A stretch of DNA of 64,000 nt from an uncultured Planctomycetota bacterium (GCA_963845755.1 CAWJTV010000043.1:32001-96000); one strand, 5' to 3'. Shown: positions 11,201 to 21,627, numbered from the stretch's first letter. Numbers and translations: made by a program. The notes: a model not told the origin generated them from the letters alone.

Positions 11201-12533
11201 GCGCAGCCGGGAGTACGAGGTCAGCTCGGTCGTGATCCGGGATGCGGCGAGCGGCCGGGTGCTCCATACGCTGATTGGCCACTCGGCCGATGTCACCTGC
11301 GCCGCGTTCAGCCCGGACGGTCGGCGGCTGGCGACGGCCAGCTTCGACCGGACGATCAAGCTCTGGGACACGGCGACGGGCCGGGACGTCTTCACGCTCC
11401 GAGGCCACACCGCGGGCGTGGTCGCCTTGGCCTTCAGTCCCGACGGGAACCGGATCGCCTCGGGCGGCATCGATCACACGGCCCGAATCTGGGACGCGAC
11501 CCCGCTCTCGACCGAGGTCCTGCGAGCGGACGACGACCGTTATCGGCGAAAGATCGCCACGCTGGAGCAATTGAAGGGCGCGGAGGACGACGCTGAGCGG
11601 GGCAAGATCCTGGCCAGCGGTGGCCAGTGGGGTATGGCGGCCGAGGCGTTTGCCAGGGCGGTGGAGAAGGAACCTGAGAAGATCCAGCTCCGCTACCAGC
11701 TCATCGATGCGCTTTTGCAGGCAGGTGATCGAAGCCAGGTCGGGGCCGCCTGCGACGATTTCCTCAAGCGGTTCGGGAACAGCGGCGATCCCATCCGGGA
11801 CTTGCTAGTCACCGGGCTATGTCGGTTGGCTTCGCAGGCGATCACCGATCCGGAGAAGCGCCTGGCCGTTCACGCGTTCGCCCTGGCGAGCAACGGCGAG
11901 GAGCGGGTTCTGGTCCTTGGCCGGTACGGACAGTGGGACCGGGTTGCCTCCGTATTCACCAAATTCGTGGAAGCGAAATATATCGACGACAATCCCGAGG
12001 GACTCGAATTCTTCCAGATCCAACTTCTGTCCCTCGTGGAGTCGGGCGACCTGCCGGGATATCGGTCCGCGGCGGGCAAGCTCGTTTCGCAATACAGCAA
12101 GACCTCCGATCCCAACTCACTGAACAACGCGGCCTGGTACTGTACCTACGCCTCCGATGCCGTGGCCGATCTCGCCGTCCCGGTCCAGATGGCCGAGAAG
12201 GCGCTCGCGGGCTTTCCACCCGAGCAGAAGCGACTCGTCGTCAACACCCTGGGCGTCGCGCTGTATCGCGCGGGGCGGATCGACGAGGCGATCGTCCGAC
12301 TCGACGAGAGCGTGAAGGCATCCGGGGGCGTCGGCCTTCCCCAGGATTGGGCCTTCCTCGCGATGGCCCACCACAAGAAAGGGAACGGCGACGAGGCCCG
12401 CCGCTGTCTCGAGAAGCTCCGATCCCACAAGCCGGATGAGAAGGCCGGCTTCTCGACGGATGTTGTGGAGTGCCGGATGTTCCACCGGGAGGCCGAGGCG
12501 CTGCTCCGGGAGCCTCCTCGCGCGCGCCCTTGA
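8265..12533 (+). CDS. Ser/Thr kinase with TM, WD40 repeats and TPRs (frameshifts near 8375 and 10490)
   Basis: Kinase motifs in ORF 8359..11052; GH...V..VAFSPDG..LA...D.T.KLWD repeats and TPRs in ORF 10425..12533; N-terminus in ORF 8265. Confidence 0.9.
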
Positions 12534-13189
12534 TCCGACTACGCGAGCGGCCCCGGGGTGGCTTGCGGCGGCGGACTCGTGCAGGGCTCGGAGCATCCGG
12601 CAGACTCTCGGACCAGCACAACGTCTCTCCGTACGAGTCCCGCCCGCATACCGACGGTGCGCATCACATCAGCCTGATCCTCTGTCTGGCCGACAATCAA
12701 GCGAAAAACCGCCCCAGTGACTCCGATGGGGGACGCGAAGGACACTCGCCGCAACCCCCTGGCATGTTCCCGCGCCGTGCGTGTTCTTGATGCCCGATAC
12801 TGGCTGGCAACGTCAACCAGTACGGCTTGATTGTCTGGTCGACCTACAAGGAACCGGGGCACTGATCATGTTTGAAGCGCGCCCCGCCGTGCCGGCGCAG
12901 TCCAACGGGTAACGACCGCGTGACCGGGATCCCATCGGCTTCCCGCGTCGTGTCATCATAGGTATCTGCCGAACAAAAGCCCGGAGTCCGTGAAATTCGA
13001 ACAACCCCTGCAAGATGGCCATCCGTAGACGGTTGCATTGGGTCACCAAAGCGACCGAAGACGAAACGTGGCGAAAGGCGCATCGGAGTAAGTCTGGGGA
13101 GTAAAATATCAGCGGCAGCCTGAGCCGGAGCGGATTCAAATATAGGTGCCGAGGAAATACGTGGCGTGACTGCCGGCAGGCTGCGTCGG

Positions 13190-13420
13190 TTCGACATGAA
13201 TGGGGATGTCTGGGAGTGGTACTGGGAGGGAAATGAGAAATACGACGCGAAGTCGCCAGCCGTCGATCGGTCGGCGCAGCGGGGGCCTTCGACCGCGTGG
13301 TTTGGGGCGGGTGCTGGGACCTCCGCGCCATCAGCACGCGGGCGTCGTTCCGGAACACGGGAACGCCGGAGTGCCGGGGCTACAGCATGCTCGGTTTTGC
13401 GTAATCCGAGGCCAGTATGA
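13190..13420 (+). pseudogene. Formylglycine-generating enzyme (SUMF1/FGE-sulfatase) C-terminal remnant
   Basis: FDMNGDVWEW...KSPAVD, then in a shifted frame DRVVWGGCW...RASFRN...LGF. These resemble the DM.GNVWEW / RV.RGG.W / R / GFR motifs. There is no N-terminal part. Confidence 0.65.
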
Positions 13421-13583
13421 GGAATAGGGGAAGCGTAGACCTTGATAAGCTCATTTGTGGGACAACTTCCGTGTCTCTGCGTCGTGGAGTGACATAATCG
13501 TGTCGACCTCACAATGGAGAGCGCATTCGAGAAACCCAGGCGCTCTACCTCGACATAACTCCCTGAATACACAACGTTTACAA

Positions 13584-13631
13584 TGGGCGATGAGGGATTC
13601 GAACCCCCGACATCCTGCGTGTAAAGCAGGT
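13584..13631 (-). repeat. att-like copy 2 of tRNA-Val(TAC) 3' half
   Basis: tgggcgatgagggattcgaacccccgacatcctgcgtgtaaagcaggt; one mismatch to the tRNA from 19971. Confidence 0.95.
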
Positions 13632-15942
13632 TCAAAATCCGCGATTTTTCGGTTGCAAGCTATTCTTTGTTAAGGCTTTAGGGTTAGACCATCCGCCAAG
13701 ACCGTTTTCCAGGCAGTCGAAAATTTTGCCGGGTTTTTCTGACTCTTATCGTGCTGTGTCTGCACGTGCAGAGCTGCACGCGACGCTGGAAAGTTTCGTC
13801 CGGCGAACTCTCCGAACTGCGCCGCCAGTGCCTCGATGTCAATTTGCGAAGTGTGCGCCGCGAAGTCAAAGTTGCCGATCAGACTGACATCCCGCCAAGC
13901 GACGGGCGACGTGCCCCTGAGAATCTTGATCGCTCCTGGTCATCGGCTGCGAGCTTCTGCTCGTACACTCGACAAGAGCAGGATAGTGTAGTAGATGATG
14001 GCGTTTGCGATGAGCCGTGAGCACTCGTTCCAGATCTACTTTATCTATCAGCGGAACATGTTCCAATCAGGTAAAAATGTGAATGACCGCAATGCTGGCT
14101 CCGGACCAGTCGTTCGATTTCACTCCCGGCCACAAGCGGACCCCTGGTTATTGGTCACACCGACAATGCGGCGCGCAGATCGTGTCCAATCTCATTTCTG
14201 CGGAACGTCGGCTCAAGCTATTCTGAAGGTTGTCTCGGCCCTGATCGTCGACGAACAGGCACGGGTCGCCGGATGGGCCGTTGAGCATTCGCAGTTCCCG
14301 GAACGCCCTCGGACGGGGCATGAATCACCACCCTCTTCGCCGGCGCAATCCAACTGACTAAACTATGGCGCGGCGTCGTTGTCGAGCCTGTGTCCGACTA
14401 CACCGCCTATCCCCGTTCTGTTTTTCGAGGTTTTCATGCCACATCGACGGTTCCTAGCCCTCATCGTCATGACTGGAGTCAGCGGCCTCCATGGGGTCGA
14501 CACACGGGCCGACGAGCCGCCGTCCTACGAGGTGTACGCTGTCCGGTATGGCACGTGCCCCGGCTGTCCAGTCTCTTTTCTCGTGCAGGGGGCCGAACCG
14601 CAGCGGAAGGTCGACCTCGCCATGACTTTCTGGGTGCTGAAAGGCCCAGACGGGCGGACGGTCCTGGTCGATGCCGGGTTCTACCGGCCGCAGTTCTTCA
14701 AGGAGTTCGAAGGGATCGCCGACTACACTCGACCCGACCGGGCGGTTGGGCGACTCGGGATCAAGCCGGAAGAGGTCACCGACGTCATCGTCACACACAT
14801 GCACTCGGATCACGTCGATGGTGTCGATTTGTTTCCGAAGGCAACGGTCTGGATCCAGAAAGATGAGTTCAATCATTACACGCGCGAGGTCAAGCCGCCG
14901 TCCGGCAAAGGCGCGCCGACCGAGCTGGATGACGTCTCGGCCCTGGTGAAGCTGAACACCGAGGGCCGTGTTCGTCTGGTCGACGGCGACGCCAAGGAGA
15001 TCATACCGGGAGTGACGATTTACACCGGAGGGAAGCACACGTTCGCGTCGCAGTACGTGGGCGTAAATACGAAGTCGGGCCGCATGGTGGTGGCGTCGGA
15101 CAACGTCTATCTGTACGAGAACCTCGACAAGCACATGCCGATCACGGCTACGCTCGACGCCAAGTCAAACCTGGCTGCGCAGGACCGGATGAAGCAGCTC
15201 GCGACCAACCCCCGATTGATCATCCCGGGACACGACCCGGAGGTGTTCGTCCGGTTCCCGAAGCCGGGGAATGGTGTGGCTCGAATCGAGTAGGACTGAG
15301 AGCGGGAATCGTGGTGTACGCGGACCCTCCCTTCACGAGGAGCGAAGGGACATGCACTGCAACGCCAGCAGCTTCCAGTGGCCGGATGTTGACCACAAGC
15401 TTAACCTATTATGAGCAAAACGGTTCGGGTGTTTCGGCAATGCCCGAGCTTGGGAGATCCTCCCTGCGGTGCAGATGTTTCCAACTCCGACGGCGCTACA
15501 TCCCGAAGACCCGCATGCGGCTCCAGCGCATGTCGCTCATCGACCGGCGGGAAACCGATCAGGGGGTTCCAGTGCCTGGCTGTCTTTCCAGCCAGTCGCG
15601 CTGGGCGACGAGCTCATGATGATGTGGCGACTCGTCTTCCCAGGCTTTCACGGCTTTCCTGGACACCTTCGATTTGCGACGAATTTGTGGGTGTCTGGAT
15701 TCGCGCGTCTGGATTTCCCTGTCGGGCGCAAGCTCAATTGCAAGAGCCGGATTAGCCAGAGTGATGACCTGCGATCAGACAGGCTCTTGCAACTCTGCAC
15801 AGTTTTTCCGACGCAAACCATTGCTATAAAAAGGCTTATGAGTATCACACAACTGACAACTCTGCACGGTGCAGATGTCGAGTCTTAATTTATTCGTCGA
15901 GATTTGTCGACGTAACATACTGTAACTTAACGACTTGCGTAA
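13632..15942. mobile_element. Integrase-less tRNA-Val insert B (MBL hydrolase cargo)
   Basis: Bounded by tRNA 3'-half repeats; TCTGCAC palindromes near both ends. Confidence 0.7.
14436..15293 (+). CDS. Secreted metallo-beta-lactamase-fold hydrolase, N-acyl-homoserine lactonase family
   Basis: Signal peptide, LVDAG, THMHSDH, GKHT, ASD and IPGHDP motifs. Confidence 0.88.
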   Translation: MPHRRFLALIVMTGVSGLHGVDTRADEPPSYEVYAVRYGTCPGCPVSFLVQGAEPQRKVDLAMTFWVLKGPDGRTVLVDAGFYRPQFFKEFEGIADYTRPDRAVGRLGIKPEEVTDVIVTHMHSDHVDGVDLFPKATVWIQKDEFNHYTREVKPPSGKGAPTELDDVSALVKLNTEGRVRLVDGDAKEIIPGVTIYTGGKHTFASQYVGVNTKSGRMVVASDNVYLYENLDKHMPITATLDAKSNLAAQDRMKQLATNPRLIIPGHDPEVFVRFPKPGNGVARIE

Positions 15943-15988
15943 TGGGCGATGAGGGATTCGAACCCCCGACATCCTGCGTGTAAAGCAG
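15943..15988 (-). repeat. att-like copy 1 of tRNA-Val(TAC) 3' half
   Basis: tgggcgatgagggattcgaacccccgacatcctgcgtgtaaagcag; one mismatch to the tRNA. Confidence 0.95.
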
Positions 15989-16166
15989 TTTGGTTCCCAA
16001 TGATTCTCTCGCCGCAACTTATTGAAAAACATGGCTTTACGCAATAATAAGTCACTGAGAACGTTTTCCAGGGACTCGCAAGGTTTCCCTGGTTTTACGC
16101 AGTTTTGTGAGGGTTTTGGTGCAATGCACTGAAACCGGTCAAATAATGTTTGATTGTTGTTGATGT

Positions 16167-16484
16167 CTACAATAGCTTCCATCTGCACGGGCTATGATGC
16201 CAGGATGAGGCATCGACTCTGGTTCGGGGGGAAGTGAAGGCGGAGGGCGATAAAGGCGCGTGTGCGGCGTAGAGTTTTCTGGTCACTCGAATGAGGTTCG
16301 AGTGGCCGCTTCGGTTGATCTCTGGTTCTATTAATCGTAACTGAGAATGCTCGGAGTTATCGATGAGTTTTCGAGCGGCCTCTTCGGGGCGTGATTGGAG
16401 TTGCCTTAAGTTCTCGAGACTGATACCAACGTCGTCCCACGTGAGACGGTTCTTGTAGACATCCAAACAATATTGCTCTGCCAA
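16167..16484 (-). CDS. Possible small hypothetical protein (lower-GC segment)
   Basis: 105-aa ORF directly downstream of the kinase; no recognisable motif. Confidence 0.25.
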   Translation of the reverse strand: MAEQYCLDVYKNRLTWDDVGISLENLRQLQSRPEEAARKLIDNSEHSQLRLIEPEINRSGHSNLIRVTRKLYAAHAPLSPSAFTSPRTRVDASSWHHSPCRWKLL

Positions 16485-16533
16485 AGAGGCGAATCACTCG
16501 GTATCGACAAAAAGTATTAAATGGAAGGAGCGA

Positions 16534-19481
16534 TCATGGTTTCGGGATCGCCTTGGCGGCCTGGACCGGCTTCGTAGCGGCCTCGATCGTCGCGCGGACG
16601 TCGGCCCAGAGCGATTCCCAGGCCGCCCGCTCGTCAGCGAGGAGGTTGAGCTGGGGGTCGCCGGCCCGGACCATGGCAAGGTCGGCGTCGGAGAGCCACA
16701 ACGACAGCTTGTCGGCGGAAGCCTTCCGCTCGGCAGGCTGGTCGGAATTCGCCTGCGCGGCTCGAACGGCGAGTTCGGCGCGGAGCCAGGCCAAGGCCTT
16801 CCCGCGGAGTGCGGCCCGCTCGGCCGGTACGTCCGGGGCGTCGACGCCCCGGCCGATCGAGGCCAGGAGGGCGACGCATGCGGCGTCATATCGATCCCCG
16901 GAATTCGGAACCTCGGCCAACTTCGGGTCTCCGGCGAAGGCGCCGTCGAAGAGGCGAGCGGCCGCAGCATATTGGCGCCGGTAGGACAAGGCGCACAGGC
17001 GAGCGAACTCGAGGCCCTCGGCCGGGGTGGCCGGGGCCGACCGTCCGGCCACGACGTCGTCGAGACGAGGCAAGAGATCCGCGGCCCGCCGCACGCGGTC
17101 CAAGGCCCTCGCCGAGCCAAGGTCCTTGGGATCGAGCTCGACGAGCTTGCGGAACTCGGCCTCAGCAGCCGCCTGGTCACCTTTCTGCGCAAGAGACTCG
17201 CCAAAATCTTCCGAGAGAAACCGTCCCCTGGGTTGACCTCGACGGTCCTCCGGAAGAGCTGCTCGGCCCCGGCGTCGTCCCCCCTGTCGTGGAGGATGTA
17301 GCCGAGGTTGTTCATGGCGAGCGTGAAGCGAGGGTTCAGCTCGATAGTCCTGCGATACTGGGACTCGGCGGATTTCAGGTCCCGCTTCCCGTACTGGAGG
17401 ATCTGCCCCAGCACGAAGTGCCCGACCGCGTTGTCGGGGTTGAGGGCGATCAGGGTCCGCGCGTAGCCGACGGATTCCTCAATGCGGACCGGGTCCGTGG
17501 GATATCCCTCGCTCAAGGCCCAGGCCAGATCCCTCAGGAGGGTGCGATCGGACGGGGATCTCTCCCAGGCGTGCTGGAGGATTCGGGCGCCCTCCCCGTA
17601 GGATCTGCACCGCAACACCAGGGCATCGCCGATGAGTACCGCCGTCGGCGGAGGCAGGTCGAGCGCCGAAAGGCGGCCGGCCAGGCGGTTCAACGCCTCG
17701 CATCCGCCCGCGATGGCGGCCCGGATCTCCCGGCGGACCGGATCTCCATCGACGAGATCGGCCGCCGCCCTGACTCGGTTGACCGTCGGGTTGGCCCGAT
17801 AAAACGCGGAGGTATGCCACCTGTCGAGCGCCTTCAACAGCGCGCCGCGGAGGCCGGGACGCTCGGCACGCACGGCGGCGGCCAGCGTCCGCGGGTCGCC
17901 GCCGGCGGGCAATCCGGCCTCCTCGAACGCCAAGTGGTAGAGTTGACGCTTCTTCTGGTCGTCGATCAGGCCTCCGGCCGTCCCGGCATCCGCGCCCTCG
18001 GCATTCTCGAGGGCGGCCAGTAATCTCGCGTCGCGTCGGGACCCGGTCAGGCGGGAGCGGAGCGCGCTGGCCGCCTCGCCCGTCCTGGCCCTGACGTCCG
18101 CGCCGCCGACCTCGGCGACTGCACTCTCGGCTTGGGCGACGGCGGCCTCGGCCTGCTCCAAGAGCTTGACGGCCGTGTTGGCCTCGAACAGCTCCGCCGG
18201 GTCGATCGCCCCGGCCTGGGCCTCGAGCTCCTCGGCTCGGCCGAGGGCGACGCTGGCGAGGCGGTCGGCATCGTTGCGGCGTCCTTCGACCTGGTTACGG
18301 ATGATAAACGCGGCCGAGACGCCGACGACCAGAAGGGCGAGTGCGCCGACGGCGACCGCCCGTCGCGCCCGTCGCTTCTGCCGTTCGGCCCGGGATTCGG
18401 CCTCGAGGCGGGCGCGGTCCCCCTCGGCCCGGACGCGGTCGAGTTCGGCCTGGCGGGCACGCTCCTCGGCCTCGGCGCGAAACGAAGCGATCGCTCGGGC
18501 GACCGCGCCGGCGTCGCTAGGGCGGTCGTCGCGCTCGGGGTTGAGGCAGGACTTGCAGAGGGCAACCAGCTCGGGCTCGGCGCCGCTGGCGTCGAGCCGG
18601 GCAAAGCAGTCATCGAGCTTGCCCCGGGCGGCCAGCACGCGGATCGCCTCGGCATTGCCGCCGACATAAGGGGGTTGGCCGGTCAGGATCACCGCCAGGA
18701 CCGCCCCGAGGCCGAAGACATCGCTGCGCTCGTCGACCTCCTCAACGGCGCCGACGGCCTGCTCGGGCGCCATGTATGCCGGCGTGCCCAGCACGCTGCC
18801 GGACTGGGTCTGCGAGCCGTCGGAGTCGTCGTGGGCCGAGAGGATCTCGGTGGCCATCCGTTCTTCGGAGTCGGACGGCCGGGTCTGTCCCGTCGGCCGC
18901 CCGAGCACCTTGGCCAGGCCCCAGTCCATCACCTGGACCTCGCCAAACGAACCTACCATGATGTTCTGCGGCTTGAGATCGCGGTGGATCACGCGTCGGG
19001 CATGGGCGTAGGCGACGGCCTGGCAGACCTGCTCGAAGGCGGCCAGGAAACGGCCGCGGTCGGCCCCGGGATTCGGGCGCTCGGCGACGAGGTCGCCGAG
19101 GTTCTGCCCCTTGATCAGCTTCATCGCCAGGAACGGCCGGCCACCGGGCAGGGTGCCGAGGTCGTGGATCGGCGGGATGCCCGGGTGCTGGAGCTGGGCG
19201 GAGATCCGGGCCTCGTCCACGAACCTCCGGGCCACGGCCGATCCTGTATGGTAACGGCTCTGGAGAATCTTGACCGCGACCTGCCGCCCGAGCGTCCGAT
19301 CGTCTGCCAGGTAGACCTCTCCGATCCCACCCCGCGCGATCATCTCGCGCAGGTCGTAGCGAAAGCTCGGACCGGCGGCGACATCGGGCGCCCTGTGACC
19401 TTCGCCGGCTCCGGAGGGCTCCTGATTCACAACCCCGAGGGTGACTTGCGCGTCCGCGTCAGGCTTCAAATCCGGGGGCAT
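16534..19481 (-). CDS. Ser/Thr kinase with TM and TPRs (frameshift near 17170)
   Basis: IARGGIGEVY, VAVK, HRDLKPQN, DWG and YMAPEQ motifs. The C-terminus (RYDAAC..LR.KAL.WLRAEL) is in ORF 16534..17103. Confidence 0.9.
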
Positions 19482-19666
19482 CTCGAGGCTCCCTGAAGTC
19501 GGCGCCGACTCTCAGTGAGATTGTACTAGCCACGCATCACGATACCAGGTTGTAAATATCGATTTCATGCCTGAGACGGCTTGTCCATTCTCGAAAAGGG
19601 AAGATAGTATTTGTGCGATGCCAAGGACATTTGAGTTCACCCGAACGAGTATCTAGCGGACGGTAA

Positions 19667-19864
19667 ATGCCCTCCGCCGCATAGCCCGGCAATCAAGAAG
19701 CCCTGAATCCAGGCGGGCAATCCAGGCTCGGCCGTCTGCTCGGCTAGCACTACAGCACCGTCTGGCGGAAGCTAAACGGCAAATCGCAGATCACGCGAAG
19801 AGACGAAATCGCGATCCGGCACGCCGTAGTTTTAGTGCAAGAGGAAAGCGTTGTACAGCAATAA
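19667..19864 (+). pseudogene. Degraded small Cro/XRE-like helix-turn-helix gene
   Basis: Manual translation MPSAA*PGNQEALNPGGQSRLGRLLG*HYSTVWRKLNGKSQITRRDEIAIRHAV...; fits the Q..LA..LG....TV.R..NG pattern, with two in-frame TAG. Confidence 0.5.
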
Positions 19865-19969
19865 CTTACGGGTGACTTGGGGGGGAATATCAGTGCAATG
19901 GTACTCAATCCATCCTAATTCTTTAGTGGGAAACGTAGCTGTAAGTCCTTGTCTCTCTAAAACTTGAAT

Positions 19970-20043
<74 letters not shown>

Positions 20044-20117
20044 ATTGTCGTGAGACGATCCCATTTGGTCCACGTTAGCGTTCTTGCCCGGAGAATTCCA
20101 TCCGAAAAGTTACCACC

Positions 20118-21185
20118 TCAATTCGATGGATGGGGATCGCCCAACGAGTGCCGGGGCGGAATCTCGCCCTTCGTAGAGGACGATTTGGGAGTCGTCGTCG
20201 GTGCCGCCTTCTCGTCGCCAGGCTGAATGCGCCGAGCGGAGACGACTTTCCAGCCGGTGTCGATGCCTTCGAGACGAAAACGCACGAGCTTCAATCGCAA
20301 GCGACTCGGCGGGTCGCCCAGCGAGGCAAGTCGATCGGTTACCGTTGCGGTCACTTCGGCTTGCTCGTAGACGAAGGGACCATCCGGCTTGAGCGTCCAG
20401 AAGGGCCGCTTGAGGAGGCCGTCCCACGGCTGGGGCGAGTCGGCGACGTCGAGGGCCAGCGCCTTGGCTACCTCCGGCAGTGGAGGCTTGGCCGACTCGA
20501 TCAGCATCCTGTAGGTCGGCAGGATGCGCTCGGGCTTGAGCGTCCTGGACAGATCCTCGAAGACCTTGCCCAACTGTTCTGCCGAGTCGAAAATATCGTT
20601 GGGATCGCCGCTCTGCATCTTCTCGTAGAGACCCGACTTCTTGGCGTCCTCCTTGGCTTCGTGGAGCTTGTCGAGCGTTTCTCCGGCGAGTCCCAGCGGA
20701 TGCTTGGGTGTAAACCGCTTCGCACCGGAATCATAGACAAAATCCGCGTCGATCTTCGTGTGCAACACGGCCAGGGGCGCAAATGAGCCCTTGAATTGTT
20801 GATCGCGGGCTTTCTGATGGGAGAGACTTCGGATGGAACGGATCCCGGGAGGCTCGTCGATTGTGCTCAACTTTCGGGCGGACTCCTCGTCCTGGCGGAC
20901 CAGGGCATCGAGGTAGTTCTTGGCTACATGCTCAACCGCGTCCAGGATGCGCGGCGGCTTCGGCTTGAGCCGCGGCCAGTAGACCATGATGACCACCGCT
21001 CCGCTGGCCAAAAGCGCCAAGAAGCTCAGCCCGATCCATTTCCAGCGCCGCGAACGCCGCTCGACAGCCTCCTCGGACGGAACGAAGGTCGAGGGGGTCG
21101 CCGCTGGCTCATCGGCTGGGCGGGTGGCTCGGGGCTTCGCGGCCGAGGGCTCCGTTGAGGACGGACGTCGAGGGCTCTTTTCCAT
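20118..21185 (-). CDS. Hypothetical membrane-anchored protein
   Basis: 355-aa ORF with a single N-proximal TM (WIGLSFLALLASGAVVIMVYW). Confidence 0.75.
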   Translation of the reverse strand: MEKSPRRPSSTEPSAAKPRATRPADEPAATPSTFVPSEEAVERRSRRWKWIGLSFLALLASGAVVIMVYWPRLKPKPPRILDAVEHVAKNYLDALVRQDEESARKLSTIDEPPGIRSIRSLSHQKARDQQFKGSFAPLAVLHTKIDADFVYDSGAKRFTPKHPLGLAGETLDKLHEAKEDAKKSGLYEKMQSGDPNDIFDSAEQLGKVFEDLSRTLKPERILPTYRMLIESAKPPLPEVAKALALDVADSPQPWDGLLKRPFWTLKPDGPFVYEQAEVTATVTDRLASLGDPPSRLRLKLVRFRLEGIDTGWKVVSARRIQPGDEKAAPTTTPKSSSTKGEIPPRHSLGDPHPSN

Positions 21186-21627
21186 GTCGGTACCGATCCG
21201 TTCTCAGGGTTTGGCCGGGCGGTTCCGCGCCGGCTCGGTCCGTTCGTGGCCCGACTGCTGCAACGCCGACGCGATCCGCGCTGAAGGTCGGGACGACCTG
21301 GCGCTCGATCAGTTCCGTCGTCCGCCAGGCCGACTCGGCCGTATCTGCCATCGCGTCGAAGAGGTCCGCCCCGACCGCGATCAATCGGCTCAACACCCAG
21401 CCCGCGAACCCGCACCCGCCCAGCGACGAGAGCGCGATGATTCCCATGATGTTCCGCTCGCCACAGGTGAACTGCGCATCCGAGAGCAGCGTTCGCGACT
21501 GGTCCAGAAAGATCGTCAATCCCAGGCCGAAAAAGCCGACCTGGACCAGCTTGGCCACCAGCGCCAGCCGGCGCCCACCTTTCCGAAGGCCCTGGTAATG
21601 CGTTCGCTGGAGAGGTTCGCGATTCAT
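21109..21627 (-). CDS. Hypothetical membrane protein (3' end uncertain, probable frameshift)
   Basis: Two hydrophobic segments; GAAAGGGAAAG upstream of ATG 21627. Confidence 0.6.
   Translation of the reverse strand: MNREPLQRTHYQGLRKGGRRLALVAKLVQVGFFGLGLTIFLDQSRTLLSDAQFTCGERNIMGIIALSSLGGCGFAGWVLSRLIAVGADLFDAMADTAESAWRTTELIERQVVPTFSADRVGVAAVGPRTDRAGAEPPGQTLRTDRYRHGKEPSTSVLNGALGREAPSHPPSR

Larger units (their letters stand above)
7233..13583. mobile_element. Integrase-less tRNA-Val insert C (ECF sigma + WD40 kinase cargo)
   Basis: Bounded by tRNA 3'-half direct repeats at 7186 and 13584, with conserved end motifs. Confidence 0.65.

Noticed and set aside
13751..14020. GELSELRRQCLDV as a tyrosine-integrase box I remnant
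   Set aside because: No catalytic Arg context or HxxR motif; too short to support without an HMM search.
15640..15662. ccagg...cctgg inverted repeat resembling the cassette-end TTCCAGG motif
   Set aside because: The spacing differs and there is no adjacent tRNA fragment or 25-bp box at the expected offsets.
7186..15988. Three extra tRNA-Val genes
   Set aside because: Each copy lacks the 5' acceptor strand and D-arm, so they are att-type fragments.
16167..16484. LTWDDV as an integrase remnant
   Set aside because: A six-residue resemblance only; the surrounding sequence does not fit a recombinase.
19667..19864. TAG readthrough (pyrrolysine or recoding) in the small HTH frame
   Set aside because: TAG is used as a normal stop elsewhere in the window (e.g. 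15293, 42078) and no pyl genes are present; decay is the simpler explanation.
13556..19966. 25-bp boxes as XerCD dif/pdif sites
   Set aside because: They lack the 11-6-11 layout and the TTATGTTAAAT XerD arm, and fit paired IHF-like half-sites better.
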